A stretch of 64,000 nt of DNA from Octopus vulgaris (taxonomy: Eukaryota): contig OX597820.1 of assembly GCA_951406725.2 (NCBI GenBank), positions 37,820,001 to 37,884,000 of the forward strand, given 5' to 3'. This document shows, in pieces, positions 50,357 to 64,000 of the stretch. Under the pieces are notes generated by a model. That model had not been told where the DNA came from. It made no database searches and was given only the letters and a program-made list of their open reading frames with translations. How positions within the stretch are numbered: the first letter of the stretch is position 1; every line of letters begins with the position of its first letter. The position numbers were made by a program, and so were the translations under genes.

Positions 50357-50944
50357 CATATATAAACACACACATATATACATATATATAAGTAACACGT
50401 GTGTGTGTATAAGTTCGGTGTCTCGTAGCACACAAACCTCAAAGGACACAAATAATCCGTCCAAGGGTTGGATTTTTCCACTTAAAGTGCTCTACGACCC
50501 TAGTTTTCCTCTAAGGTGTTCTATGGAAAACACATAAGGTAACAAAATAAATGTGAGAGTGAATATCATCGATATAAAGAAAAGCAGTGCATGGTTACCT
50601 TACGGTAACCTTACAGTACATCGAGATGCCAATACGACTTGTTTTTTCAGTCGATGTGGAAACGGACCAGGCTCTTGAGGCGGAAACATAACTTACTAGG
50701 GCTGAATATAAGGACAAACACAACACAAAAAGTAAAAGAAATTAACACACATGTACAATTTTGAAATCTCCTGACACCGAACTAGTTAAAATAGCTCCAA
50801 AGGGGTCTGTTGAGAAAAATATTGAATTAGAAAGCTATATAGCTATAACAAAAATACACTCACGCACATATATGAAAAGTATATTTGGTCGACAGTGCTT
50901 TCAAAGTTTTGGCTTCCTTACCATCATCAATCTATTTGGTAATT

Positions 50945-50946
50945 AT

Positions 50947-51022
<76 letters not shown>

Positions 51023-51053
51023 GCATATGTATATATGTACATATATATCTATA

Positions 51054-51108
<55 letters not shown>

Positions 51109-51216
51109 GTATATATATATATCTATATATATTTTATATATATATATATATGCATATATATGCACACATATATATATATATACATATATATGCATACACA
51201 CACATATTTATATATG

Positions 51217-51264
<48 letters not shown>

Positions 51265-51404
51265 CATATATATATGTGTATGTACATATATATATATAAA
51301 TATATATACATATGCATATATATATGTATACACACATATATATGCATGTATATATATATAGACGTGTGTGTAGTTATAGAATACATATACATATATATAC
51401 ATAC

Positions 51405-51485
<81 letters not shown>
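50945..51485. repeat. Long degenerate (TA)n/(CA)n tract
   Basis: Read directly. Confidence 0.95.
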
Positions 51486-51488
<3 letters not shown>

Positions 51489-52009
51489 TGTTCATGTCTG
51501 CATGTGCATATATATGTCTATGTGTATGTATGTACACGTATGCCTGTATGTACTTAAAAGTACAATAATATTATTTCATCAAATGCAATTTATTCTGATG
51601 TTTGTTTCTTATTATTTTACTTGTTTTGTACCTTTTTTCTACTTCATTTTATGCGTCTCTCTCCCTCTCTGTCTCTTTCGATTATATGATCCCGAAAGAA
51701 CGTTTCCCTATTTTTCACATCGATCCTATTACACAAATAAATAAAACCTAACACTAACATACAAGAAAATAAGATACGAGTAGGAAGGAAACGAAAATCA
51801 ATATGTCCTACAACATAGAAATAGGCATTTTCGTACAAATGTTGTGGGTATGGCTGTAAATGTTGTCGGCTGCAAAAGACGGTAATGAGAGGTGAGGTGA
51901 AATATGGATGTGACGTGGATTGTACAAAGGCGTGGTTAATCGAAACTCTGATTTATTGGAGAAATTGTAACGGAAATATGTGTGCGTGCATGCATTCGTG
52001 GCGTGTGTT

Positions 52010-52041
<32 letters not shown>

Positions 52042-52509
52042 TGTATGTATGTATGTATGTATGTATGTATGTATGTATGTATGTATGTATGTATGTATGC
52101 ATGCATGCATGCATGTATGTATGTATGTATGTATGTATGTATGTATGTATGTATGTATGTATGTATGTATGTATGTACGTGTATATGTGTGTGCGTGTGT
52201 ATGTACGTATGTGTGTGTGTGAGTGTGTACGAATGTGTGCATGTGTGTATTCATGTATGTATCTCATTAATAAGTTTTATTTCAAGATTTCTTGCCAATA
52301 GAGAAGGGAGAGTTTCTAACCTAGATCCAAGGCTCTTTCATAGGAATTTCAACAACATCAATAGAGTATTTGTTTATGTTTGTGTGTATGAGTACAGTAT
52401 TTGGTGACAGTGCACGTGCAGACTTGTATGATTTGTCTTATGTATGTATTCTCATGTATATATCTGCATGTCTAGACATGTTCCTATATACTTATATATA
52501 CTATATACT

Positions 52510-52930
52510 ATATGGTAAAATTCTGGTAAGTTTTACAAATTTTTACAGTTCTAGTTTTGGTTGTGATCTCTAGCCCTTGGATCAACATTCTCCTTTCTGG
52601 TTTTGTGAAGTTTAATTTCTCAAGATTGATAATTACGTAGTTTGTTCCATAATTTGCGATCTGAGCGGTGTTATGTGTTATATTAAGGCGCTTCCGGTTT
52701 GTCCCATATAATTTCCTGAGATTGAATTGGCCGAAACGTCCATTCGACTTTTGTCGACACTAAAATTCAAGGACTCTAATATGTAGCTAATTTCAGTCTG
52801 TTCCCTGTGCATGCACACTCGTTAAGTACTTGACTCTTCAAGCTATATACAAGGTGGATTCCGTTACGGAACGTGTACGAGAAATAGTTTTTAAGGATTT
52901 CGACCGGGAAAATTTTCGGTTCAAAATGTA
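52510..52930 (-). mobile_element. Penelope-like GIY-YIG fragment (minus) fused to an opposite-strand pseudo-LTR-like piece
   Basis: Minus: GNYMGQTGSALI*HITPLRSQI (YxGQT..L..R...H motif); plus: ggccGAAACGTC at 52733-52740. Confidence 0.5.
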
Positions 52931-53659
52931 CTTCACTCTGGCCTCACTCTGAGATTAACAGCAATAAATTGGAACCAGCAACGCCAAACTCCCCCATTCA
53001 TAAAATGGCACATATCAGAGGTGGTTTCAAGTAGTGGAAGTGGAGCAAAGCTAACAGCGGAGCTCCAGCATGACCGAGCTGAAGTATAAATAAATAAATA
53101 TTTGAATATATATGTGTATATATGTATGCATGCATGCGCGCATGTATGAATACATACAAAAATGCATGCATACATGAAGTTTTCGGGTTTGCTTTGTAAG
53201 TACAAAACACTCTTATAATTCTATACATCATATATATAGATATCATACATATATGTGCGTATGAGTGTTTGTATGTATCATTGGATGCATATGTTTCAAT
53301 ATACGTTTCGTTTCTGTCAACAATGTACCAAGGCTCCAAGAGCCAACACCTGAGCCTCTGCGTGGTTACATATAGCAGCTGAATTCCCTCAAAGTTTCAT
53401 TAAATGAAATAAAGTAAGAACACACGACCAAATGTAATCTTACATAATCTAAAAGGATGATGATCAATGTATGTTGATCATGCTTATGATCAAAGGCAAT
53501 CCAGCATGACAGTGACCATCTTAACCTTGTTTTCAGATATAGTATATCCAGATCTGCAATTTCAAATCTGCTTTGCCGTTTTTAAAATGATAGGATGCAA
53601 TCTGAGAAAAGTTTAGCTGTTATTTCTAAAAGACCGTGCAACTTTTACTTACATTTTTT

Positions 53660-54070
53660 TGTTCTTTTATCTTTTATCTTTTACATGTTTCAGTCATTAG
53701 ACTGCGGACTTGCCAGGGCATCACCATGAATCGAACAAATCGACCCCAGGACTTAATTTTTAAGCCGGGTACTTATTGTATCGGTCTCTTCTGCCGAACC
53801 ACTAAGTACTAAGTTACGGGAACGTAAACATCAACATCGGTTGTCTAGTGGTAATTGGGGGCGGGGATACAAACATGCGCACATACACACATATATACAT
53901 ATATATACGACGGGCTTCTTTCAGTTTCCGTCAACCAAATCCGCTCACAAAGCTTTGGTTGGTCCGAGGCTATAGTAAAAGTCACTTTCCCAATGTGCCA
54001 AGCAGTGGGACTGAACCCGGAACCATGTGGTTGGTAAGCAAACTTGTTACTACGCAGCCACTCCTGCGCC
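53660..54070 (-). mobile_element. SINE family A, full length
   Basis: Reverse-complement homology to 48060-48467. Confidence 0.9.
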
Positions 54071-54426
54071 TATGTAGCTTTTCATTATTCACATGCTATA
54101 CCGCCGGCTCTTTCCATTTGGTCACTTTACACGATATAACATCTACTCACTGCATCTCTCACATACATCCCTCTCTTTCTATCTCCCTTTCTCTTTCTCC
54201 TTCTCTTTCTCTACTATCTAGTCTACTGTCTATCTAGTTCTCGCTCTCTCTTTAACCTTGTCTCTCTGTCTCTAATTCCTTCTCTCTCTTTCGCTATCTC
54301 TTTCTAAATTACGTATGCTCACTTACTCTCTGTCTTCTTAATTACATTTTCCACTTCTTCCCTCCACCAACCCCTCACAATATCTCATTCTGTTTCTTCT
54401 ATCATTCCCCCTTCTTAGGTTTCTAG

Positions 54427-54498
<72 letters not shown>

Positions 54499-54939
54499 AC
54501 ACATTCACTCACTCACTCACTCACACACACACACTCATACACACACATTCACTCACTCTCACACACATACACGCACATATTCTGCATACACTCGATGTGC
54601 GTATGACTGTGTATAAATAGATAAATATATGCACATACAAACATGCACATACAAACATGCACTTGTTTATATATTTAATTATTACATGTCTGTTAGCGTT
54701 TTGCATGCAAGATGCGCAAGCCATCCTGTAATATTTGTATACCTTGCATAGAATTGTGAAACCAAGGTGAGAAGCTCTACAATGTTGTTAAGAGAAGCCA
54801 TATTAAGGATGATCTGGAGGCATCAAAGCCTAACGAATACATGATCCGTTAGATTTCACGAGAAACTTCGGAATTAATTGAATTTCGCAAAGTAGGTTAT
54901 CATTATTATCCAGTGACTTTACTTATTGCTTTGCTGAAC

Positions 54940-54974
54940 ATCATCTTCATCATCATCTTCATCATCATCACCAC

Positions 54975-55005
<31 letters not shown>

Positions 55006-55040
55006 TTCATCATCTTCATCATCATCATCATCACCACCAC

Positions 55041-55119
<79 letters not shown>

Positions 55120-55170
55120 GTCGTCGTCGTCGTCGTCGTCGTCGTTGTCATCAACAACAACAGCAGCAAC
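54940..55170. repeat. (ATC)n/(GTC)n/(CAA)n trinucleotide tract
   Basis: Read directly. Confidence 0.95.
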
Positions 55171-55319
55171 AAAGCGATGGCACACAGTATGGAAAACAGA
55201 CGGAACAGTCATGGATGCAATGAATTAGATCCGCTGGAACCGAGATAGTCCAAGTTAGTAAGAAGAAGAAGAAGAAGGTTAAACAACAACAACAACAACA
55301 CCACCACCAATAACATCAA

Positions 55320-55705
55320 CATCAGTCCGGAATGTCCGTTAATACTGACTCTGATACTACCACGAATCCCATTCCTGAGCCAAATACTAACACTGAACAT
55401 CGCATCATAACCATACCATGGTTAGGAACTGTAAATAGCGAGCCTCCTATATTATAATCATCATCAACCCATACAATCGTAACACAGGTATAATTTCAAA
55501 CTCGGGCAAAAGTGTCCCTTGAAAGGAAACTGCATCCAAGATATTGTGGTGTTTGAGTGTGTAGTAACTATCTGCTTCACTATTAGAAATTGCAGCGGTG
55601 CCTCCACTAGCCTGGTGAAGCTCAGAATATCAACCCATAAACACAATCTAAACGAATCTAATACCGTCTTAACTGAATATATTTACTCGCCCAACTACAT
55701 TAACT
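55320..55705 (+). mobile_element. Penelope-like GIY-YIG remnant
   Basis: KCPLKGNCIQDIVVFECVV..RNCSGAST..VKLRISTHK aligns by eye with CPLNNNCL..LVYKA..YIG.T..FKER..H at 39.5 kb. Confidence 0.6.
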
Positions 55706-55706
55706 A

Positions 55707-55768
<62 letters not shown>

Positions 55769-56150
55769 CTGTAATATAATATGTGACGATTATTCAGTTG
55801 CCATAATAAGGCTCCGAGTTTCGGATGTCGGGGCGGAAACGTATTATATTACAGATAAATTCCTCTATTTACATAATATCTCACCTCCAAAGATTTGGCT
55901 GCTATTTCTAGCACGTCCTGCTATCACGTAACAGCTATTTGCGATAATAGACACGAAATACCAGTTACGTGGTAGCAGATCGTGCAAGAAATAGTAACCA
56001 GATTTTTTTCTTTTCTGGAGAAGAAAGCCGTTTACGCGTGATTTGGATGTCACGTTCGTTGAAAGCGCGCGTATACACACACAAACACACACAAACATAC
56101 ACACACACGCACACGCGCACACACACATAAATATATATATATATAAACAC

Positions 56151-56197
<47 letters not shown>

Positions 56198-56232
56198 TAC
56201 ATATATATACATATATATACATATGTCTATAC

Positions 56233-58100
<1,868 letters not shown>

Positions 58101-58129
58101 ATCATATATATATATATACATATATATAT

Positions 58130-58170
<41 letters not shown>

Positions 58171-58318
58171 GACACATATATATATACATATATATACATA
58201 TATATATATATATGTATATAGACACATATATATATACATATATATACATATTATATATATATATACATATATATATATATACATATATATACATATATAT
58301 ACATATATATATATATAC

Positions 58319-58432
<114 letters not shown>

Positions 58433-58448
58433 CATATGTATGTATGTA

Positions 58449-59265
58449 TGTACGCAGGCATGCACGTATCTGAAGAGAAAAAGACACAAATATGGATAGG
58501 AAACTTCAAAAGGTGCACGAAATGGTATAATTCCAGAAGTGAGCGTGAAATCAAGATACACAAACACACATACACTTAAATGTTTTCTAAATCTACCTAC
58601 CTACCTATTTATCAATATGACACGTACACATGCAGATGCGCGCGTGCACACACACACACGTACCTACACTCCCCCACGTTCCTATGTGTCTGTGTCATAT
58701 ACGTATGCATGTATTTATGAATGTGTGTGTGCATGGAAGTAAGCAACACGTACATCTCCACACTTCCGGCTTTACACACCGTTACGAGTTTACTTTGGTC
58801 TCTTGTAAAATCTTGAGAAGTAACTCTTCAACTTCAAGTGTGTTTCTGTTTAATTTTCAACATTTAAGCAACTGTAATTGCACAAATCTGTATATGTGAA
58901 CAGCTGGATTTGTAGAGCACGTTCATATGTGTGTGACTCGTATAAACGTGCTTGAGTGCCTATACATTGTGAATGATATTACTCTCAACATAGCCTATAT
59001 ATTGGTGGTTATACGCGTCTAACTTTATTAAATCTTATTAAAATATGATTAAGTGTCCAACGAATAAATTACAACATCAAACGAACGTTCTGTCTTTTAA
59101 CTTACGGATGTCTCAGCTTGTAATATTTTCTTTAATGTTCTTCATCCACTTTCCCCATCCTTTTCTCTGCTTAATTTTGCATCCACCTCCATCTCTCTCT
59201 TCATCTCTTTATCAGTCTAATCGTCCGTCTGTCCGTTTCTTTGTCTGCCTATCAACTCTTTATCT

Positions 59266-59323
<58 letters not shown>

Positions 59324-59482
59324 CCTTCTAAATTATTTTCACTCTTCTAAGACTGATCTTCTCCATTCTTCTTATCTTGATGTTACGCTCAATTCTGGAA
59401 TTATACAATTTCGTGTACCTTTTGATGTTTCCTATCCATATTTTTGTCTTTCTCTCTTCAGATACGTGTTTGCCTGCATACA
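58449..59482. repeat. 110-bp diverged inverted repeats enclosing about 810 bp (MITE/fold-back-like)
   Basis: 58449-58558 is a diverged reverse complement of 59373-59482; TATG/CATA microsatellites lie outside. Confidence 0.85.
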
Positions 59483-59524
59483 TTCATATATACATACATA
59501 CATACATACATACATACATACATA

Positions 59525-61485
59525 GACACACAATACTCGAAGCGACAAGCCGCGTATTGGCGTGGTAGACTATTTATCGAAGATACGATGAATACTATCT
59601 CCAACTTTGGAGCCGCAACTATCAGCCTTGTTAAATAACTGATTAATCTTCCGATGAATTAACTGATCGTAGTGATTTTCGACTGAAACTTGAATTTAGC
59701 ATGCAGAGAGTTACTACAAACAACATGGGTGGACACGGCATCAACAACCACACAATCAAGGAACAGAACGAAAACAGCAGCTCAACAGGTAAACAAATTC
59801 TTTCTAGCTGCAGTTATAGAAGAAACCGTAACTACAAAATTCATTTCTTTTGGAGTTATGAATTGAATAATGATCTATTTAACTGCTTCGGAAAAGTGAA
59901 ACTAAATCCCACTGTTTGTTATATGAATCGATTGAAATCATATTGGGACGATATGCATCCAGAATAAAATAATTTTACTGCGAAGCAACTACACCAACAA
60001 GCAACATTTGTAGAACATAGAAAGGAGGTTAGTAACCGTAACTTTTTAAAAAAATCGAAAATTAACCTTCTTCCCAACTCTATAAACAAAACCGAAAACG
60101 TGAATAATATAAGACCAATACGTGGTTTCACAGCTAGCGACATTCCAACAGATTCCACTGTTTCTTGCGAGCCAAACTAGATTACTGGCTCAAGTAACTG
60201 ACCACTGTCCTCCTACTACGACTATGGTAAATAGCAGGCACAAACGCAACGGTTATCGTAGTAGTAATGTAGTCGGGATTATATGTCGGTGAAATGTGTC
60301 CTTACGGAAATTACCTGAGAAAAAATAACTTTGGCTTTGAAGTACTCTCTTGAGGAGGGAGTATTCTCTACCAAATTAATTAAAAACCCACCAGATACGA
60401 TATTAACAGCTGTTACCGAAAACGGTGATGAGTATTTACAATAGTGTGATGAACCCACATACTGGCAGATTAACGCCTGTTTACATGCTCTGGCTACAAC
60501 TATAAAATAGTACATGAGTGGTATTCAAAAAGTAAACGAAGCCGAAATATCAAAGGAAGTACCATCATAGGTTTTGAAGACAGAGAAAAAGATAGCTGGT
60601 TTATGGAAGACCATCAGTCATGTAATGATGCTTATTGCATGCAAACAAGCAAAATCATTATACATCCCAGCAACAGAAAGTAAAGAAGGAAATAGAAATG
60701 ATGTTTAGAGATAGCAAAAAGAAGATACTCACTTGCAAACTGATTACCTTCAAGCGCAAACTGATTACCCTCAAGCAGGAACTAAAAACTGTCAGTGAAA
60801 AACTCTGACATCAGAAAAGAATAACCAAGAGAAGAACAATAAACAAAAAATTTAACCGCAACCAGGCAGCAGTATACAGAGACATGAGAGGAGGATCAGT
60901 AAACATTATGGAAGTTCCTTCATGAGAAGACATAGACTCCTTCTGGAAGAAAATCTTGAGTGAATAGAAGGAATTTAACCAAGATGCTCTGTGGCTGGAC
61001 GAAATCTGAAAGAGTTATTGCTCCTGCATTACATCCAAGACATGCAACATTGATGGTGAAACTCTTGCAACGGTGATCCGGAATCTTCAGGATGGAAAAG
61101 CACCTGGAAGAGACTTGATTGTTGGATATTGGTACAAGAGGCTAACATTCTACTGATCATATCTTATCAATCTATACCAGCAAGCTCTCATTGGGAACAG
61201 TAGCATACCACACTGGTTAGCTCTGGCAGAGACAAAATTGATCCCCAAATGCAGAACCAGCCACATGGCAGAAAAACTACCGGCCAATTGCATGCCAGAA
61301 CTTAATGTATAAGATATATACCGCATGTTTAAGCCTCTTCCTTCAGGACCATTGTGAAACCAATAACGTTATCACAGCAGAACAAGCAGCTGGGAAGAAG
61401 CGAGTCTGGAGATGTGCCGAGCAATTGTTAATCAACAAAACTGTGATGTCAGAGGTGCGACAGCATAGGAGGAACATATATTCAC
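59525..61485 (+). mobile_element. Dong/R4-like retrotransposon, 5' region to early RT, decayed and 3'-truncated
   Basis: WSYELNNDLFNC, YMNRLKSYWDDMHPE, KAPGRDLIVGYWYK, NYRPIACQNLMYKIYT, EQAAGKK, EQLLINK. Confidence 0.85.
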
Positions 61486-62545
61486 GAAAAAAAAAAAAAC
61501 GCTTGACAGTTTTCTTTGAAGTTCGGCTCACTTGCCTTCATAATGTATGTATGTATGTATGTATGTATGTATGTATGTATGTATGTATGTATGTATGTAT
61601 GTATGTATGTATGTATGTATGTGTGTGTGTGTGTGTTTGTGTTTGTGTGTGTACGCACCTGCGTTTCAGTGTTTGTCTGTATATGTATCTATATACGTAT
61701 TTTACATCTACTACGTAATCTTAGGTAGAGCTAAGCCTTATACTCCAGTCTATAAAGTTTGCTAACTCTTTCTTGCACGGAGTATGCAACACCTATCTTT
61801 TCCCTTTGTATACATCTTATACTCATACTAATAACACGACCTCATCTCAAGTCACACATTCAGTGTCTTAAATACACACTACCCGCACAGTTGAATCATC
61901 CACAGCTGAGCATATATGTGTAAGCATTTGCGTGCATGCATTAGTATATGCATTTACGTAAAAACTAGCAGAAAGTCGGACCTCTAAGGGGTTTTCTGCT
62001 TGCCACTTGATAATATTTTTACATTTGATTTCCTATTCTAATAATTTTTATGATATTTTGGTCTAATTATTTCTTTGTACAATAGTGCTCACTTACTTAG
62101 TAAATTTGCCTTCATTATTTTATCAGTCATAGACTCTCTTTTTTAAACAAACTTCATGGTAGTCCAACAACGGAGGGAGTAGCATTTTGTCAAGTTTTAA
62201 CTTCCCTCCAAAAGCAAAAGAGATTTCAATTCAGCAGCCCATCTGTAAGGTTTGCAGTAGATGTGTGAGAAAGAGAAAGGGAGCAGAGAGAACATTGCAA
62301 ACGATAAATGAAGTAAACATGAAATGAAAATATAGCATAAATAAAAGGGCGCTACAACAGATGTATACACCCCCGACTTAGTTGCCTCATAACATGGATA
62401 CGTTTTAACAAAATTTTCTACAAATACCGCTTTGATGTTGTGGCTTCATAGTATATGGAGATTTATGGGGAAGAATTCTTCCGAGGGGGTGGAGAGAGGA
62501 GTTTCAGAAAATCCACACTATCCAAATTTTTCCCCAGACACAACA

Positions 62546-62599
<54 letters not shown>

Positions 62600-62723
62600 T
62601 GTTGTGTCTGGGGAGAATCATTTTCTTTTTGTGCCCCAGACACAACAGAATATGCTTCAACACATGAACTCACATAAAGAATCTTGCAAACCAAATCCAA
62701 AAACGAAATATATATACATATAT

Positions 62724-63121
62724 CTCATTTACTCATTTACTTGTTTCAGTCATTTGACTGTGGCCATGCTGGAGCACCGCCTTTAGTCGAGAAAATCGAC
62801 CCCAGGACTTATTCTTTGTAAGCCTAGTACTTATTCTATCGGTCTCTTTTGCCGAACCGCTAAGCGACGGGGACGTAAACACACCACCATCGCTTGTCAA
62901 GCGATGTTGGGTGGATAAACACAACACACAAACATACACATACATATATATATATATACGACGGGCTTCTTTCAGCTTCTGTCTACCAAATCCACTCACA
63001 AGGCCTTGGTCGGCCCGAGGCTATAGTAGAAGACACTTGCCCAAGGTGCCACGCAGTGGGACTGAACCCGGAACCATGTGGTTGGTAAGCAAGCTACTTA
63101 CCACGCAGCCACTCCTACGCC
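62724..63121 (-). mobile_element. SINE family A, full length, young
   Basis: Near-identical reverse complement of 48060-48467. Confidence 0.93.
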
Positions 63122-63145
63122 AATAGCCACACGCACACATATATA

Positions 63146-63220
<75 letters not shown>

Positions 63221-63221
63221 G

Positions 63222-63392
63222 TACTTGTTTCAGTCATTTGACTGCGGCCATGCTGGAGCACCGCCTTTAGAGTGGTGAAAGAGTACAGCAGGGATCACCA
63301 CCATCCCCTGCCGGAGCCTCGTGGAGCTTTTAGGTGTTTTCGCTCAATAAACACACACAACGCCCGGTCTGGGAATCGAAACCGCGATCCTC
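63222..63392 (-). mobile_element. Chimeric SINE fragment: family C 5' part joined to family A tail
   Basis: 63271-63392 matches 43563-43682; 63222-63270 matches 62738-62786. Confidence 0.8.
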
Positions 63393-63936
63393 GATATATA
63401 TATATATATATACCAATACACACACATTCATTTATTCGAATTAGAATTTTGACTCCGTTACTCTCCGAGACGCCTGTTGATATCACGTCGCTAAAGGCAA
63501 CTGATGGAATATTGTTATTTCCGACACCACCAGAATTTCAATCATATGCTATTAGTTAGTTTGTCAGGACAGTCATTCTTGCTGATGGCTGAATGGCATG
63601 TAAGATTAGTGTCAGGTGGCTTCTGATAACGTAGATTTATGACTCGCACGTTGTCATCAGAAAGATTTGGTGCAACGTACGTCTGTCAAAGAATTATACT
63701 GCAGACACCCAATAGGCAATAGTTAATGATGTTCTGTGTAGACTAACTATCGGGACATCTACGGCTTTCCATTGGTGGGTTAAATTTTGTTCGCGTGTTG
63801 ATTGTAGAGGTGATTACAGAGTTGGCAGGCAACCTGGACTTAATCAGAGTGCGTGCGTGTGTGCACACAACAAACATCACACAGAAGCGCACAGAAACAT
63901 CACACAGACACATCACACAGAAACACACACACATGC

Positions 63937-63986
<50 letters not shown>

Positions 63987-64000
63987 CACAGTCACCTAAA

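Noticed and set aside
58470-58510. CTGAAGA...GAAAC in the inverted-repeat arm
   Set aside because: The intervening sequence does not pair to form stem II.

Overview
This is eukaryotic, AT-rich DNA saturated with microsatellites and transposons. I can support no intact host gene, so it is intronic or intergenic. The SINE families and repeat landscape look like an octopus/coleoid cephalopod genome (inference from recalled repeat families). Nearly all ORF-track entries are microsatellite artefacts. Real content: three tRNA-derived SINE families (many copies, several with target-site duplications, TSDs), decayed CR1 and RTE LINEs, an L1/Tx1-like ORF1, Dong/R4-like RLE retrotransposons nested in (TAA)n, a mariner MITE, and many Penelope-like element (PLE) pieces. 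Two signals stand out. (1) A decayed minus-strand PLE at ~23.1-25.4 kb carries a Ulp1/SENP-like (clan CE) cysteine-protease domain with an intact His-Asp-Cys triad between its N-terminal motif and the RT. (2) A set of short non-coding PLE pseudo-LTR units, mostly next to (TA)n, contain type I hammerhead ribozyme motifs (intact cores at 11613-11694 + and 56508-56615 -) and sit in fold-back arrangements; in one, ribozyme stem II is flipped between two inverted copies. All calls come from reading and hand-translating the sequence; no searches were run.
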